Shown: positions 1 through 10,360 of the stretch, one piece after another | Layout: every line of letters starts with the position of its first letter | How positions within the stretch are numbered: the stretch's first letter is position 1 | DNA from: an uncultured Acidobacteriota bacterium | GTDB lineage: Bacteria; Acidobacteriota; UBA6911 | Length of the DNA: 64,000 nt | Reading direction: 5' to 3' | NCBI GenBank assembly: GCA_963809485.1 | Contig: CAWEJX010000006.1 | Location: forward strand, 224,001-288,000 | Made by a program: the position numbers and the translations under genes | Notes under the pieces: generated by a model | What the model was told of the DNA's origin: nothing | Seen by the model: the letters and a program-made list of their open reading frames with translations, nothing else | Database searches by the model: none

Positions 1-3000
1 CTGCGGGAACCTTTACACCCACTTTTTCGGTGCCCAAGCAGGTCCCTTCGGGAGAACGGAGATTGAACTCGATCACGTTCAGTCTGCCGGACCGGAATTT
101 TGTTCAGAATTACATTTACTACTATCTGGGGGAGATCCAGACCATCACGAACCGGGTGGAAAAGGACGGGCAGAGTATCACGAAGACCCTGGCGGATTTC
201 ACATTTGGCACGCGCTCGTATGCGGATCCGGTCTACACGAGCGTGGAGGAACGGGTGGTGACGAGCCGGAAAGATTATACCGACGGCACGCAATACTACA
301 CGACATCGCTGGCTTATACCTTCAACGGCAACGGATCCAATCCGTCCAAGACGGCCGTAACGGATATTCGGGGGATCACGGACTATAATTTCAATTATTC
401 GGTCTACCCGGCCCGCTCGTGGTCCGACGGGCTGATTTCCAGCATGCAGCGCAAGAATCTGAGCCAGACGACGGTGTACCGGACTCAAGCGACCGATTGG
501 GAGCAGGACATAAGCGCCGGTTATATCGTGAATCCGCGCCCGACGCGGAGGACGACGACCATGGATGACGGACAGAGCCTCAAAACCGAGCTTATTTATG
601 CCAGCGACGGCACGGGCAATATCAGCCAGACGGTCCAGTACAAGTACGGCAACACGGTGGTGCTCAGAAGAGCGACGACGACCTATCGGCATGAAAGCAA
701 CTCCGCCTATACGGCAGCAAACATGACGAACCTGCCGGCTGCAGTTTCGGTCAAGGATGGAAGCGGCACGGAGGTGGCGCGAACGGAGTATGGGTACGAT
801 GAGTACCAGCTGACGCTGTATCAGGGGCCGGTCTATAACCATGAACACTGCTTACGACAATCAGAACATAACGGTGCGGGGCAATCCGACGAGCGTGCGG
901 CGTAAGCTGATCGGGGAGAGCCGGTTTCTGACGGCGACATCCGGCTACGACATGACGGGGAACGTGGTGTCGGAGACGGATGCGAAAAGCAATACGACGA
1001 CGCGGACGTTCACGAGTTCGACGAACTACGTGCTGCCGCGCTACACGACCAATGCGCTGGGGCAGCAGAGCGAGCAGACGTGGAAGCAGTATTCCGGCGG
1101 GTTTAATTACTACAACGGGGACTTGGCAACCGCCATCGATGCCAACGGGGCAACGGTATACTACTGGTACGACGAGTTGGGCCGGACGACTCAGATAAAC
1201 ACCCCCATCGGGCTAACGAATTATTCCTATGATGATTACGTTTTCGAAACCACGGAGATGTCGTCCTCGGGGACCCAATATACGAAGGTGGATTCCTCGA
1301 GCGAGGTGATCGAGACCAGGCAGGACGACCCTGAAGTAGAGGATGATATTCTTACCACGATGGGGTACAACAATCCCTGGCAACAGGCAAGCGCAGTTTC
1401 GTTTCCGTACCGTTACGGGGGAACGCCCACAAACGCCACCTACACGTATGATCCGCTGGGGCGGGTATTGACGGAGGCGGCGCCGTCGGTAGGAACTACA
1501 TCGTATCTATATGTAGGGAATACGGTTACGGTGACGAATCCTGAGAACAAGAAGAAGAAATATACCTACGATGAGCTGGGAAACATCTCGCAGGTCACCG
1601 AGCAGGATGCGGCCGGGAACCTGAGCATAGTGACGACCTACAGCTACAATATCCTGGGGAAGCTGACTCAGATCGTTCAGATCGGGCAGGGCAACTTGCC
1701 GGACCAGACCAGGACGTTAACCTACGACAGTCTGGGCCGTCTGACTGCGGAAACGCACCCGGAGAAGGGCACGACGACCTACACGTATGACGATAACGGG
1801 AATGTTTTGAGCCGGACGGATGCGCGTGGGGTTGTGGCGGCGTCGATCTATGATGCGTTGAACCGGCGGACGTCAACGAGTTTTTCGGACGGGACGCCGT
1901 CGGCGAGTTATTATTATGATCAAGCGACCTCGGGGCTGATCGGGACGATCACCAACGGCAAGGGGCGGATGACGAGCGCCTGGACATCGGATGGGATTGG
2001 GTACAGCTGGAGCTATGAAGCAGGGGGGCGTGTGACGCAGCAAGTGGCGAGCATCGATGGGATCCAGTATCCGGTGGGGTACAGTTATAATTTCATAGGA
2101 TCCTGTTCGGAGAGCAACCTGTGGCAGATCACGTATCCTGCGGGGCTGGACATCCGGTACACCAGGGATGCGATGTGCCGGACGAAGACGATCAAGAACA
2201 ATACGGGAACCATCACGCACGCCAGCTACTACTATGCGTCGCAAAATGGAGCTCTTTCGAAGATCTCGTTCGGGGACAATATTCGTCAGGAATACACGTA
2301 TGATGCTGTGGGAAGGCTGAATCTGTATAGCATGGTGCGGAGCAGCCCGCAGAAGACGATCTACTGGAATTTGTATTACAACGGCAGCTCGCAGATCAGC
2401 AGCATTCGGGAGCAGATTGTCAATGGGGTGGCTCAATACACGTATGCCTACGACAAGGTGGGGCGGCTGGTATCGGCGACACATGCGGTGAAGGATGCCA
2501 ACAATAATTATGTGACGGATCAGGTGAACAGCTTCAGCTACGATCAATTCGGCAACATGCTGACGAATCAGCTGCAATATCCGGGCAATCCGGGGCAGGA
2601 CTCACAGATTACGTATGACGTGAATGCCTCGAACAACCGGCTGATCGGCTATACGGACGGGCAGGATGCGATAACGACGGCATATGATGCGACAGGCAAC
2701 CTGCTGGCGGAAGGGGCGAGGAGCTATGCCTGGGACGGAGCGGGGAGGATGACATCGGTCACGGGGACGGATTGGGGAGTCTACCGGTATGATGCTCTGG
2801 GGCGGCGGGTGAAGAAGACCTACACGTATCAGGTTCAGTCGGGGACGGTTTCAGGGAACATAATCTCGATTTATGGAGCCGGGAATGCGTTGATATCGGA
2901 TTACCGGACGGAGACGACGCCTTCGGGATCGTATGATGCGCGGACGGACTATATAGTGAACGGCAGCGAGGCGGTGGCGCGGCGGACGGTGACGGGCGGG

Positions 3001-3972
3001 GGGACGGTGACGACGCAATATCTTCATCGCACGCACGTGAATCAGATCATTGATCCGAACACATATGCGATAGGCACAGGATCAGCATTGATGTATGGCC
3101 AGCCATTCAGTTCCGGCGGGAATGATCAGTTTGCGGGACACAAGGACGACCCGGAGAGCGGGTTGCATTATAATCTGGCAAGGTCGTACAGCTCGATAAT
3201 GTCGCGCTGGCCCTCGCCGGATCCTGTGACCAGCAACGTCTATGATCCTCAAATGTTTAACAAGTACATCTACGTCAGAAATGATCCCATTAATTTCGTG
3301 GATCCGGATGGCCGTGAGGCAGAGTGGATTGAAAACGGGGCGAACGTCCAAGTCACGGTGACCGAAGCATTAAGTCTCTCGAATTTATTCCCCTATTATG
3401 GATTTAATCTTGGTCAAGAGGGCGCAGTATATGTTGATGGTGTGCTAATTCCAGGGCGCTATGTCGGCCCGGGTATGGATTACATACGTCAAGGAATAGA
3501 GATGGCTAATGCTGTAATGAATCAAGGTGAGAAGGCAAAAGGCGATGAACATCCTGACGGTATTGTCAGGCAAGTCCCTGGCCTGTACTTAAGTGTCGAC
3601 AGCATGGGGAAATGGATAAGGGATAATGCTCACGCAAAGTCAACAGGTAAATGTGCAACGCATGTCCGCCAAGCACTAGCAGCTGGTGGAATATATACGG
3701 TTGGGCTCCCAATCGCTGGAGGCGATTATGGACCATATTTGCTTCAGCGTGGCTTCCAATTGGTTCCCCACGGGGCACCTGCGATCAACGAAATTGGAGA
3801 TATAGCTGTTTTCTCTAAAGTACCCGGCATACACGATTGGGGCCACATACAGATTTGGTCGGGGGAATCATGGATTTCGGACTTCGTCCAAAAGAGGATG
3901 TCGCCGTATAGTGACAACAGTAGCACCATTACAGTATATCGTAGCTCATATATAATTTGCCCTATTCCGTGA
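1..3972 (+). pseudogene. Rhs/YD-repeat polymorphic toxin (5' end outside window), frameshifted at ~844; C-terminal NlpC/P60-CHAP (Tae3-like) amidase domain
   Basis: ORFs 30..905 and 841..3972 are in adjacent frames; removing one A in CATGAACACT gives continuous ..YNHDTAYD..RGNPT. Many YD repeats (YTYDPLGR, YDALGRR); core end LHYNLARSY..RWPSPDP..YVRNDPINFVDPDG; CT has KCATHVRQALAAGG..GDIAVF..WGHIQIWSGESWISDF. Confidence 0.9.
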
Positions 3973-3996
3973 ACGGGTAAGGCAGCAGGTCACTAC

Positions 3997-4575
3997 ATGA
4001 AAAAAGACAGAATATTTCATAAATATGCGTGTGAGATGATCGCTGGCTGGTTGGTATATTGTTTCCTATCCACGTCATGCCTTTTAGGCGCCGAGACGCA
4101 GAGCCAAGAACAAATCCTAACCTCCTGCCGAAGCTTTGTACAAGGTTTCTATAATTGGTATCTCAAACAATTGTCGCATGAAAGCGAAGGTCCGGCATTC
4201 AATCAGGCCCTTCAATACAGAAGGCAAGTATTTAGTCGAAGCCTTTTTCAGGCATTGAAAGAAGATTATGAAGCACAATCCAAAGTTAGCGGAGTAATTG
4301 TTGGGATTGATTTTGACCCATTCCTCGCATCCCAAGACCCGGCTGAGCGTTACGTGGTAGGTAAGATTGTTATAAAAGCCGGAAGTTATTGGGTCGGAAT
4401 ACATGCAATACGAGACGATGAAAAAAGCCAAAAACCTGAATTGTATGCTGAGGCGGTAATTAAGGATGGGCAGTGGTTATTCATCAACTTCCATTACTCA
4501 CAAAATGACCTATTGCGTATTTTGAAACGCTGGCGAGAGGAACGACGGAAGCAACCTGATTTTGGTCTTCGATAG
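3997..4575 (+). CDS. Probable secreted immunity protein, DUF3828/Tai3-like
   Basis: Directly downstream of the Rhs CT; hydrophobic N-terminal signal-like segment; FVQGFYNWY and IDFDPFLASQD motifs; lower GC, like the CT. Confidence 0.75.
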   Translation: MKKDRIFHKYACEMIAGWLVYCFLSTSCLLGAETQSQEQILTSCRSFVQGFYNWYLKQLSHESEGPAFNQALQYRRQVFSRSLFQALKEDYEAQSKVSGVIVGIDFDPFLASQDPAERYVVGKIVIKAGSYWVGIHAIRDDEKSQKPELYAEAVIKDGQWLFINFHYSQNDLLRILKRWREERRKQPDFGLR

Positions 4576-4577
4576 TA

Positions 4578-4697
4578 ATCTACGTCAGAAATGATCCCAT
4601 TAACTTTGTTGATCCGGATGGAAGGCTTGAGGTGCCATATTCGTCCTATTATGGGCTTGATCCATTCTCGTGGGGTTTGATTTCTATTGGCGGATAA
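4578..4697 (+). pseudogene. Orphan Rhs-CT stub (IYVRNDPINFVDPDG-RLEVPYSSYYGLDPFSWGLISIGG*)
   Basis: 4578-4621 is a near-identical copy of 3268-3311 (Rhs core end) followed by a different CT sequence; no start codon. Confidence 0.85.
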
Positions 4698-5255
4698 AAC
4701 GTGGGAAAAACGTGGGGAAAACGTAAAACGTGGACACCCAATATTTGATATCCCCATAATTGCGTGTCCTTGCGGCAAGCGTGCATGACTCTGCAAGAGG
4801 CTTTTTGATACCGTCTGGCTGTGGGCGCATTCGCGCCGGGAGGACAGCCGATGGGATCAAGAAACTTGCCTATACCAGTCGAAATTCCCTCAGAGGGGAA
4901 AAAACTTGGACACCCACTATTTGTAGGGAGCAGATATAGCAGGTTGCCGCTCATGTCATTCGTTCACATCATTCATTTTGGTTCCATTTATTGGCCAGAA
5001 ATCGGGGCCAGAAATCGGTGACGGAAAAACGTGGGAATAACATGGTGTAATGGTGTAAAACGTGGGTAAAACGTGGACACCCACCGTTTCTGTTTGTCAA
5101 ATGGACATGGACACCCAATGTTTGATATCCCCATAATTGTAATGAGCAAAAAATGTGGACACTCACTGTTTTGCTCACTGTTTTTGAAATGAAAGCGTGG
5201 AGAGCGTGAACACACAATATTTGTAGGGAGTAGATAAAGAAGGTCGACCCATCAT
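4696..5255. repeat. REP-like cluster: TGGACACCCA motifs with stuttered AAAACGTGG units
   Basis: TGGACACCCA at 4731, 4907, 5074, 5108, variant at 5156; hairpin GGACACCCAAT..ATTGCGTGTCC 4732-4769; repeated blocks GATATCCCCATAATTG (x2) and TATTTGTAGGGAGYAGATA (x2). Confidence 0.8.
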
Positions 5256-5423
5256 TCGTTTTTTGTTTCATCTATTGTTATAAGTCACTGGGGAATGCAG
5301 CAAATCAATAAGGGCAGCCCGGCAGTACCTGGCGAACTGAAGATCAAGGATTTCTGGCGGCGATCTGCGAGATTAGGAAGAGACTGCAGGATAGGTGGAG
5401 GGAATCTGGCAGAGCAACATGGC

Positions 5424-6539
5424 TCAGGCCGATTGCGCCGAAGGAGATGCAAACGCAGATCGAGCTGTGGATAAGCCAACAAGCCATCTTCGGCCGAGCT
5501 GATCTGCAAATTCACGAAGACTTGAAACTAGGCCAGCAGCGAGACGGAATTTCGGACCGAAACGGGAAATGGTATCTATCCAGGCCTGGGGATTGGCGCC
5601 AATGCGCAGCAGAATGGGTGCAAGCTGTGGGTCAATAGCTCCGCGTTTGTCAGCCCTCAATAGGCGCCCCGACTGGTCTACCAGATTGAAGTAATCGGCT
5701 TCGGTCATCTGTAGGATGCCGCGACGGTGGGTATCTGATTGAATGGGACACAGCCAAAGGGATGGGGAGTTGAGAGAATCGACAGGGATAGCCACGGGAT
5801 TGCAGCCGGGAATACCCATTTTGTCTTCCGACATTGACATGTTCTCCGGGGAAGACCCGTCCGGGATGTGTTGAGTTAACTCGCTGGTTATCATAGCTTT
5901 GCTGGTCATTTCGTTCTGCCAGGCGCGAATCCGTTCCTGAATGCTGGTGAAGTCGCTTTCTTCGGGAGTTGGGGCCAGGCCGGCACGGATGGGATTCAGA
6001 TCCACATAAACCATGCAGGCAGCAATGGCAGCCTCGTCGAGCAGGGCCTGACATTTGAATCGGGATTCCCAGAATCGGCCCTTGACGTTATCTTCTTTAT
6101 TAGCGGCTCGGGCGATAAATTCGTTGAGGCGGCCCATAAACCAGCTGAGGCTGCAGAGTCGTTTGCGCAATACGGCGATACGTTCGGGGCAATCGGCCAG
6201 GGCGCAGATCTGGGCTTCGGAAGGGGGTGCGTGCCGTATAGGGAAGAGGGTAAGCCATCGGCTGGCCACCTCGCGATCGGACCAGGCGGCGGCGATTTCG
6301 AGGCAGATACGAAGAATGACGTGGAAGTGGTTTTGCATGACGGCGAAAGCACAGACATCGATGGCAAAAATGGCGGAGAGAAACCGTAACCTGTCGACCA
6401 GCCAAGCTTTGCGGTGAGAGAAGTCGCGGCCGGAGTGTGCGTCGAACCCGCATAGGAACGCCCGGCGGACGCAGCGGCTGAAGCAGTGATAGACGCCATC
6501 TTGTCCTTCCTGGACATATTTGCTTCGCGGCATAGTCAT
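5424..6539 (-). CDS. Y1 HUH transposase, REP-associated tyrosine transposase (RAYT) type
   Basis: YHCFSRCVRRAFLCG, VMQNHFHVIL (HUH), FWESRFKCQALLDE, YVDLNPIRAG (catalytic Tyr). Confidence 0.9.
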   Translation of the reverse strand: MTMPRSKYVQEGQDGVYHCFSRCVRRAFLCGFDAHSGRDFSHRKAWLVDRLRFLSAIFAIDVCAFAVMQNHFHVILRICLEIAAAWSDREVASRWLTLFPIRHAPPSEAQICALADCPERIAVLRKRLCSLSWFMGRLNEFIARAANKEDNVKGRFWESRFKCQALLDEAAIAACMVYVDLNPIRAGLAPTPEESDFTSIQERIRAWQNEMTSKAMITSELTQHIPDGSSPENMSMSEDKMGIPGCNPVAIPVDSLNSPSLWLCPIQSDTHRRGILQMTEADYFNLVDQSGRLLRADKRGAIDPQLAPILLRIGANPQAWIDTISRFGPKFRLAAGLVSSLREFADQLGRRWLVGLSTARSAFASPSAQSA

Positions 6540-6606
6540 GGTTCACTCCTTTCAATACATCTAACGGTGAACCCATGGAATGTGCTAAAAGAAAACACAC
6601 AAATCG

Positions 6607-6766
6607 GCAAATATGTGGGGGGCAAATATGTGCGTGTCCAGTTAATTCCCAGTTAATTCCAGTTAATAGTCCACTATGTGGGTGTCCAGTTAATCTCCAG
6701 TTAATCCCTCATATCCGTGGGTGTCCAGTTAATCTCCAGTTAATCTGGGTGTCCAGTTAATCTCTC
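6607..6766. repeat. REP-like cluster: TGGGTGTCCA motifs with stuttered CCAGTTAAT units
   Basis: TG(C/G)GTGTCCAGTTAAT at 6631, 6679, 6718, 6746 with extra tandem CCAGTTAAT copies; reverse complement of the motif on the other side of the RAYT. Confidence 0.85.
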
Positions 6767-6802
6767 CTTAGGCAAATAGTTGTCCGTGGAAATCGAGGCT
6801 AA
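6767..6802. mobile_element. Solo terminal inverted repeat of the IS at 57704-59798
   Basis: CTTAGGCAAATAGTTGTCCGTGGAAATCGAGG-CTAA vs 59767-59802 CTTAGGCGAATAGTTGTCCGTGGAAATCCAGG-CTAG (2 mismatches in 32 bp). Confidence 0.9.
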
Positions 6803-7013
6803 TCTGGGCAAGAACGTTCCCGCGATCCAGTGAAGCATCATCCTTTATAGCTATCCATTTTCCGGGCTGGCCTCTTCCCGTCAATGCAGCGGAAAATCCG
6901 CTGGGTGGCTGGCCAGGCTTGTCGCTGTTGAAATCAATCATGATGGCCTGCGCCGAGAATACCGCTATGCCAAGAAGAAAGCCGAGAATCCCCATGCCCT
7001 TGCCGGATTTCAT
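6799..7013 (-). pseudogene. 5' fragment of a secreted protein (concanavalin/DUF1080-like), truncated by the IS end
   Basis: Signal peptide MKSGKGMGILGFLLGIAVFSAQA, then IDFNSDKPGQPPSGFSAALTGRGQPGKW..VLAQIS; the frame runs straight into the IS IR. Confidence 0.6.
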
Positions 7014-7303
7014 GTGAGTGAATCCTTTCGTATTTTCCTCCGCGGCTATATAGATTTGCAGGTCCAAATTAAAGGCGGGTTTATACCAGATGAAAAATCG
7101 TTCAGAATCCGATAAGCTGTGCTCTTGGCGGATATCTCCATTTTGAACGCGGATGTGCTAACTCTGTCGCATAGAGAGGCTCTCTGCGTGAATATGGGTA
7201 TTCTGAACGGAAATTAATCTGCCTTTCATGCCTTTTTATTTCCATCTGCAAGATTCCATAACATCTTCGCTATCCGAGGGAATATTTGCTTTGATAGAGG
7301 GGT

Positions 7304-9544
7304 TTGATGATGTTGAATGACGCAGTTAAGACGCTGCAATTACCGCGACTCATAAAACCTTCTTTTCTGGTTTTTATATTAGTCGTGCTTTACGAGCTGC
7401 CCGTCTTATTCGCTAAGGCTCAAGATCAGGCTGACTCGGTTGCCGTCTCAAGTTCGAGAATCACGCGTATCCGGTCGCACATTGCCCTTGACGGCCTGCT
7501 AACGGAGTCCGTTTGGGCGGATACCCAGCCGATCGACGAAATTCGCCAACGGGAGCCGCATCCCGGCCAGGAAGCGTCGGAGCGGACAGAAGTCAAGCTG
7601 CTATACGATGATCGGAACATCTATATCGGTGTGAGGTGCTTTGATTCTGAGCCCGGCCGCATCATCGCCACTCAGATGGCCCGGGATTCCGATTTGTCGG
7701 CGGACGACAAGATCGAAATCGTGATCGATCCATTTCACGACCACCGAAACGGATACTATTTTGCTACCAATCCTGCGGGCGCCCTGGTCGACGCGCTCAT
7801 CATTGAAAATGGGCAGATGATGAACCTGCAGTGGGATTCGATATGGAACGTTCATACCGCAAGGTTTGAACAGGGGTGGAGTGCTGAATTTGAGATTCCG
7901 TTCAAGACACTAAGTTTCAGAGCAGGGCAAAAGACGTGGGGTTTCAACTTCTCCCGTACGATAAAGAGGAAAATCGAGGAAGACCGCTGGTCTTCGCCCC
8001 GCCTGGATGTAAAGTTTCAACAGGTTTCCCTGGCAGGCAATGTTGAGGGCCTTTCCGAGGTCGGGCAGGGGATTGGGCTCGACCTCCGCCCCTTTGTGTC
8101 GGGAGATGCGATTCATTATGCAGATAGCAACTCAGACGCGCTGGTAGGCAAGCCGGGTGGAGACATCTTCTATAACATCACCCCAAGTCTCAAATGGTCG
8201 ACCACGATTAATACAGATTTTGGCGAAACCGAAGTGGACGACCGGCAGATCAATTTGACGCGGTTCCCGCTGTTTTTCCCGGAGAAACGGGCATTCTTTC
8301 TCGAAAATGCGGGAATCTTCAACTTTGGTGTTCCGAATCCGTTTTTTTCGGAACTCATGCCGTTTTTCAGTCGCAACATTGGAGTAGCCGGCAACCAGGA
8401 AGTCCCAATCACTGCTGGAACGAAACTGACCGGGAAGGCCGGCCGGTTTGACATTGGTGTGATGGACGTGCAGACGCGCGATGGCGGGGGAGTCGAGGGA
8501 AGGAATTTTCTGGTCACCCGTGTCAAACGCAATCTCTTCAGCCAGTCTTATGTGGGCGGAATCTTCACGAACGGCAATCCCACGAATCCAGCTTCATCTC
8601 AAACCTATGGGGCGGACCTGAATCTTGCAACGTCAAACTTTCTTGGGTCCAACCGGAATTTCCAGGTGACGACATACTTTTTAAAGACCGTCAATGAGGG
8701 AATCAAGAGAAAGGATCGCGCCTACGGATTTGCAGTCAGCTATCCCAACGACCTCTGGAATGGCACAATAGACTGGAGTCAAATCGAAGAGAACTTCCGG
8801 CCTGAATTGGGCTTTGTGATGCGTCCCAAAACACGGAAGCTGCGCATTGATGCCACATTCTCCCCGCGCCCCAAGAACTTTTTGAATATCCGGCAGATGT
8901 ATCACGAATTCCGGTTCAACCGCTATTTCCGGCTGGACTATGGAAAGACTGAAAGTTGGCAACTGCGCGTTGCTCCGGTCAACTATCTGTTCAACTCCGG
9001 TGACCGCGTCGAGATGAACTGTGCACCAACGTTTGAAAGGCTATTCGAAAAATTTGAGATAGCGAAGGGTGTCGTGCTTCCTGCGGGAGACTACCGCTTT
9101 GACCGATATCGACTGGAATTTGAAACGGCCTCCAAACGGCCATGGGAGGCGTTTGTGACGTGGTGGTTCTGAACCTATTATTCGGGCAATGCGGATCAAG
9201 TCTCGACCAGCTTCGGTTACAAAATCGCGCCGCATTTCCAGGCGACTGTTGGTTTGAACCAAACATTTGCCAGGCTTAAGGAGGGCAACTTCGTCGCGCG
9301 CATATATAGCGGTCGTGCCAATTATTCGTTTACTCCCTTTATTACGCTATACAACTTGATCCAGTTCGATAATGCGACGAGAAACCTCGGATGGCAGAGC
9401 CGGCTGCGCTGGACGCTCAAGGCTGGAAATGACATCTTTTTGGTATTCAACCAGGGATGGATACAGGACGAGGAGCAGGGCTTCCACTTTCGCATGACCG
9501 ACCGGAAGCTGTCGTTCAATATCCAATACACCTTCCGGCTTTAA
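7304..9544 (+). pseudogene. CBM9-like sugar-binding/DUF5916 beta-rich protein with in-frame TGA at 9170-9172
   Basis: DGLLTESVW, TEVKLLYDD..YIG, WSAEFEIPFKTL, NTDFGETEVD..INLTRFPLFFPEKRAFFLE; 9254..9544 is in the same frame (WWF*TYYSG..YTFRL). Confidence 0.85.
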
Positions 9545-9724
9545 ATCGCCAGTGCCCCGGTAAAAAGATGAGAGATGGCTAAAGACATAGCCGCCTCAAA
9601 GTATCGGATTTAGCTGGACTATTAGCGACGTTATTTTGGGGTACGAAAGACATCCCTGCAAAAAAGCTCAAAGCCGTCCGGTCCAACTGATGTTAGGCAG
9701 AAAACCGCAAATTCGGGCAATAGC

Positions 9725-10360
9725 GTGCAATGGCCTAGCTTCTCCGAAGCATGGCATTTCTGGCTGAAACATGGCTTCATCAGCTTCGGCGGACCGACCG
9801 GTCAAATTGCATTTATGCACGACGAGCTGGTGGAAAGGCGAAAATGGATTACAGAAATGCGCTTTCTGCACGCACTCAATTACTGCATGTTGCTGCCCGG
9901 CCCCGAGGCGCAACAACTCGCCACATATGTCGGCTGGTTGCTGCATAAAGCGCCGGGCGGTATCGTTGCAGGCGCACTGTTCGTGTTGCCATCTGCTTTT
10001 ATTTTGTGGAATTTGAGTTATGTGTATGTCGCATATGGAAAGATCAATGAAATTGATGCGATCTTCTATGGCCTCAAGCCGGCGGTGATGGCAATAGTCG
10101 CATTTGCGGTCGTATCGGCAAAAAAGCGCTGAAAAACAAAATAATGTGGGCACTAGCTTTGCTGGCGTTTGTCGCCATATTCTTTTTTAGGATTTCATTC
10201 GCGCTCATCATTCTTAGCCCGGGCTTGGTCGGACCCGCAGAAGGAATGGTGTGGCCGGAAAAGTTTTCGGCCGCCTCGAATCACGATACGAAAGGACGCG
10301 CGTCGCAGGCAGCGATCGGAGATGACGACGAGTTGCCTGCGAACACAAGACCCTCGCTCG
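9725..10360 (+). pseudogene. chrA: Chromate efflux transporter, frameshifted and 3'-truncated
   Basis: [38 protein letters not shown]; frameshift near 10110 (RIGKKALKN in other frame); second half replaced by IS91-like sequence. Confidence 0.85.

Noticed and set aside
4696-6766. Repeat clusters as a CRISPR array
   Set aside because: Repeats are short and irregularly spaced with no constant repeat-spacer period; no cas genes; better explained as RAYT-associated REPs
9170-9172. In-frame TGA as selenocysteine or a recoded codon
   Set aside because: Context (WF*TYYSG) suggests Gly, no obvious SECIS seen, neighbours are also pseudogenes, and core genes use TGA as stop
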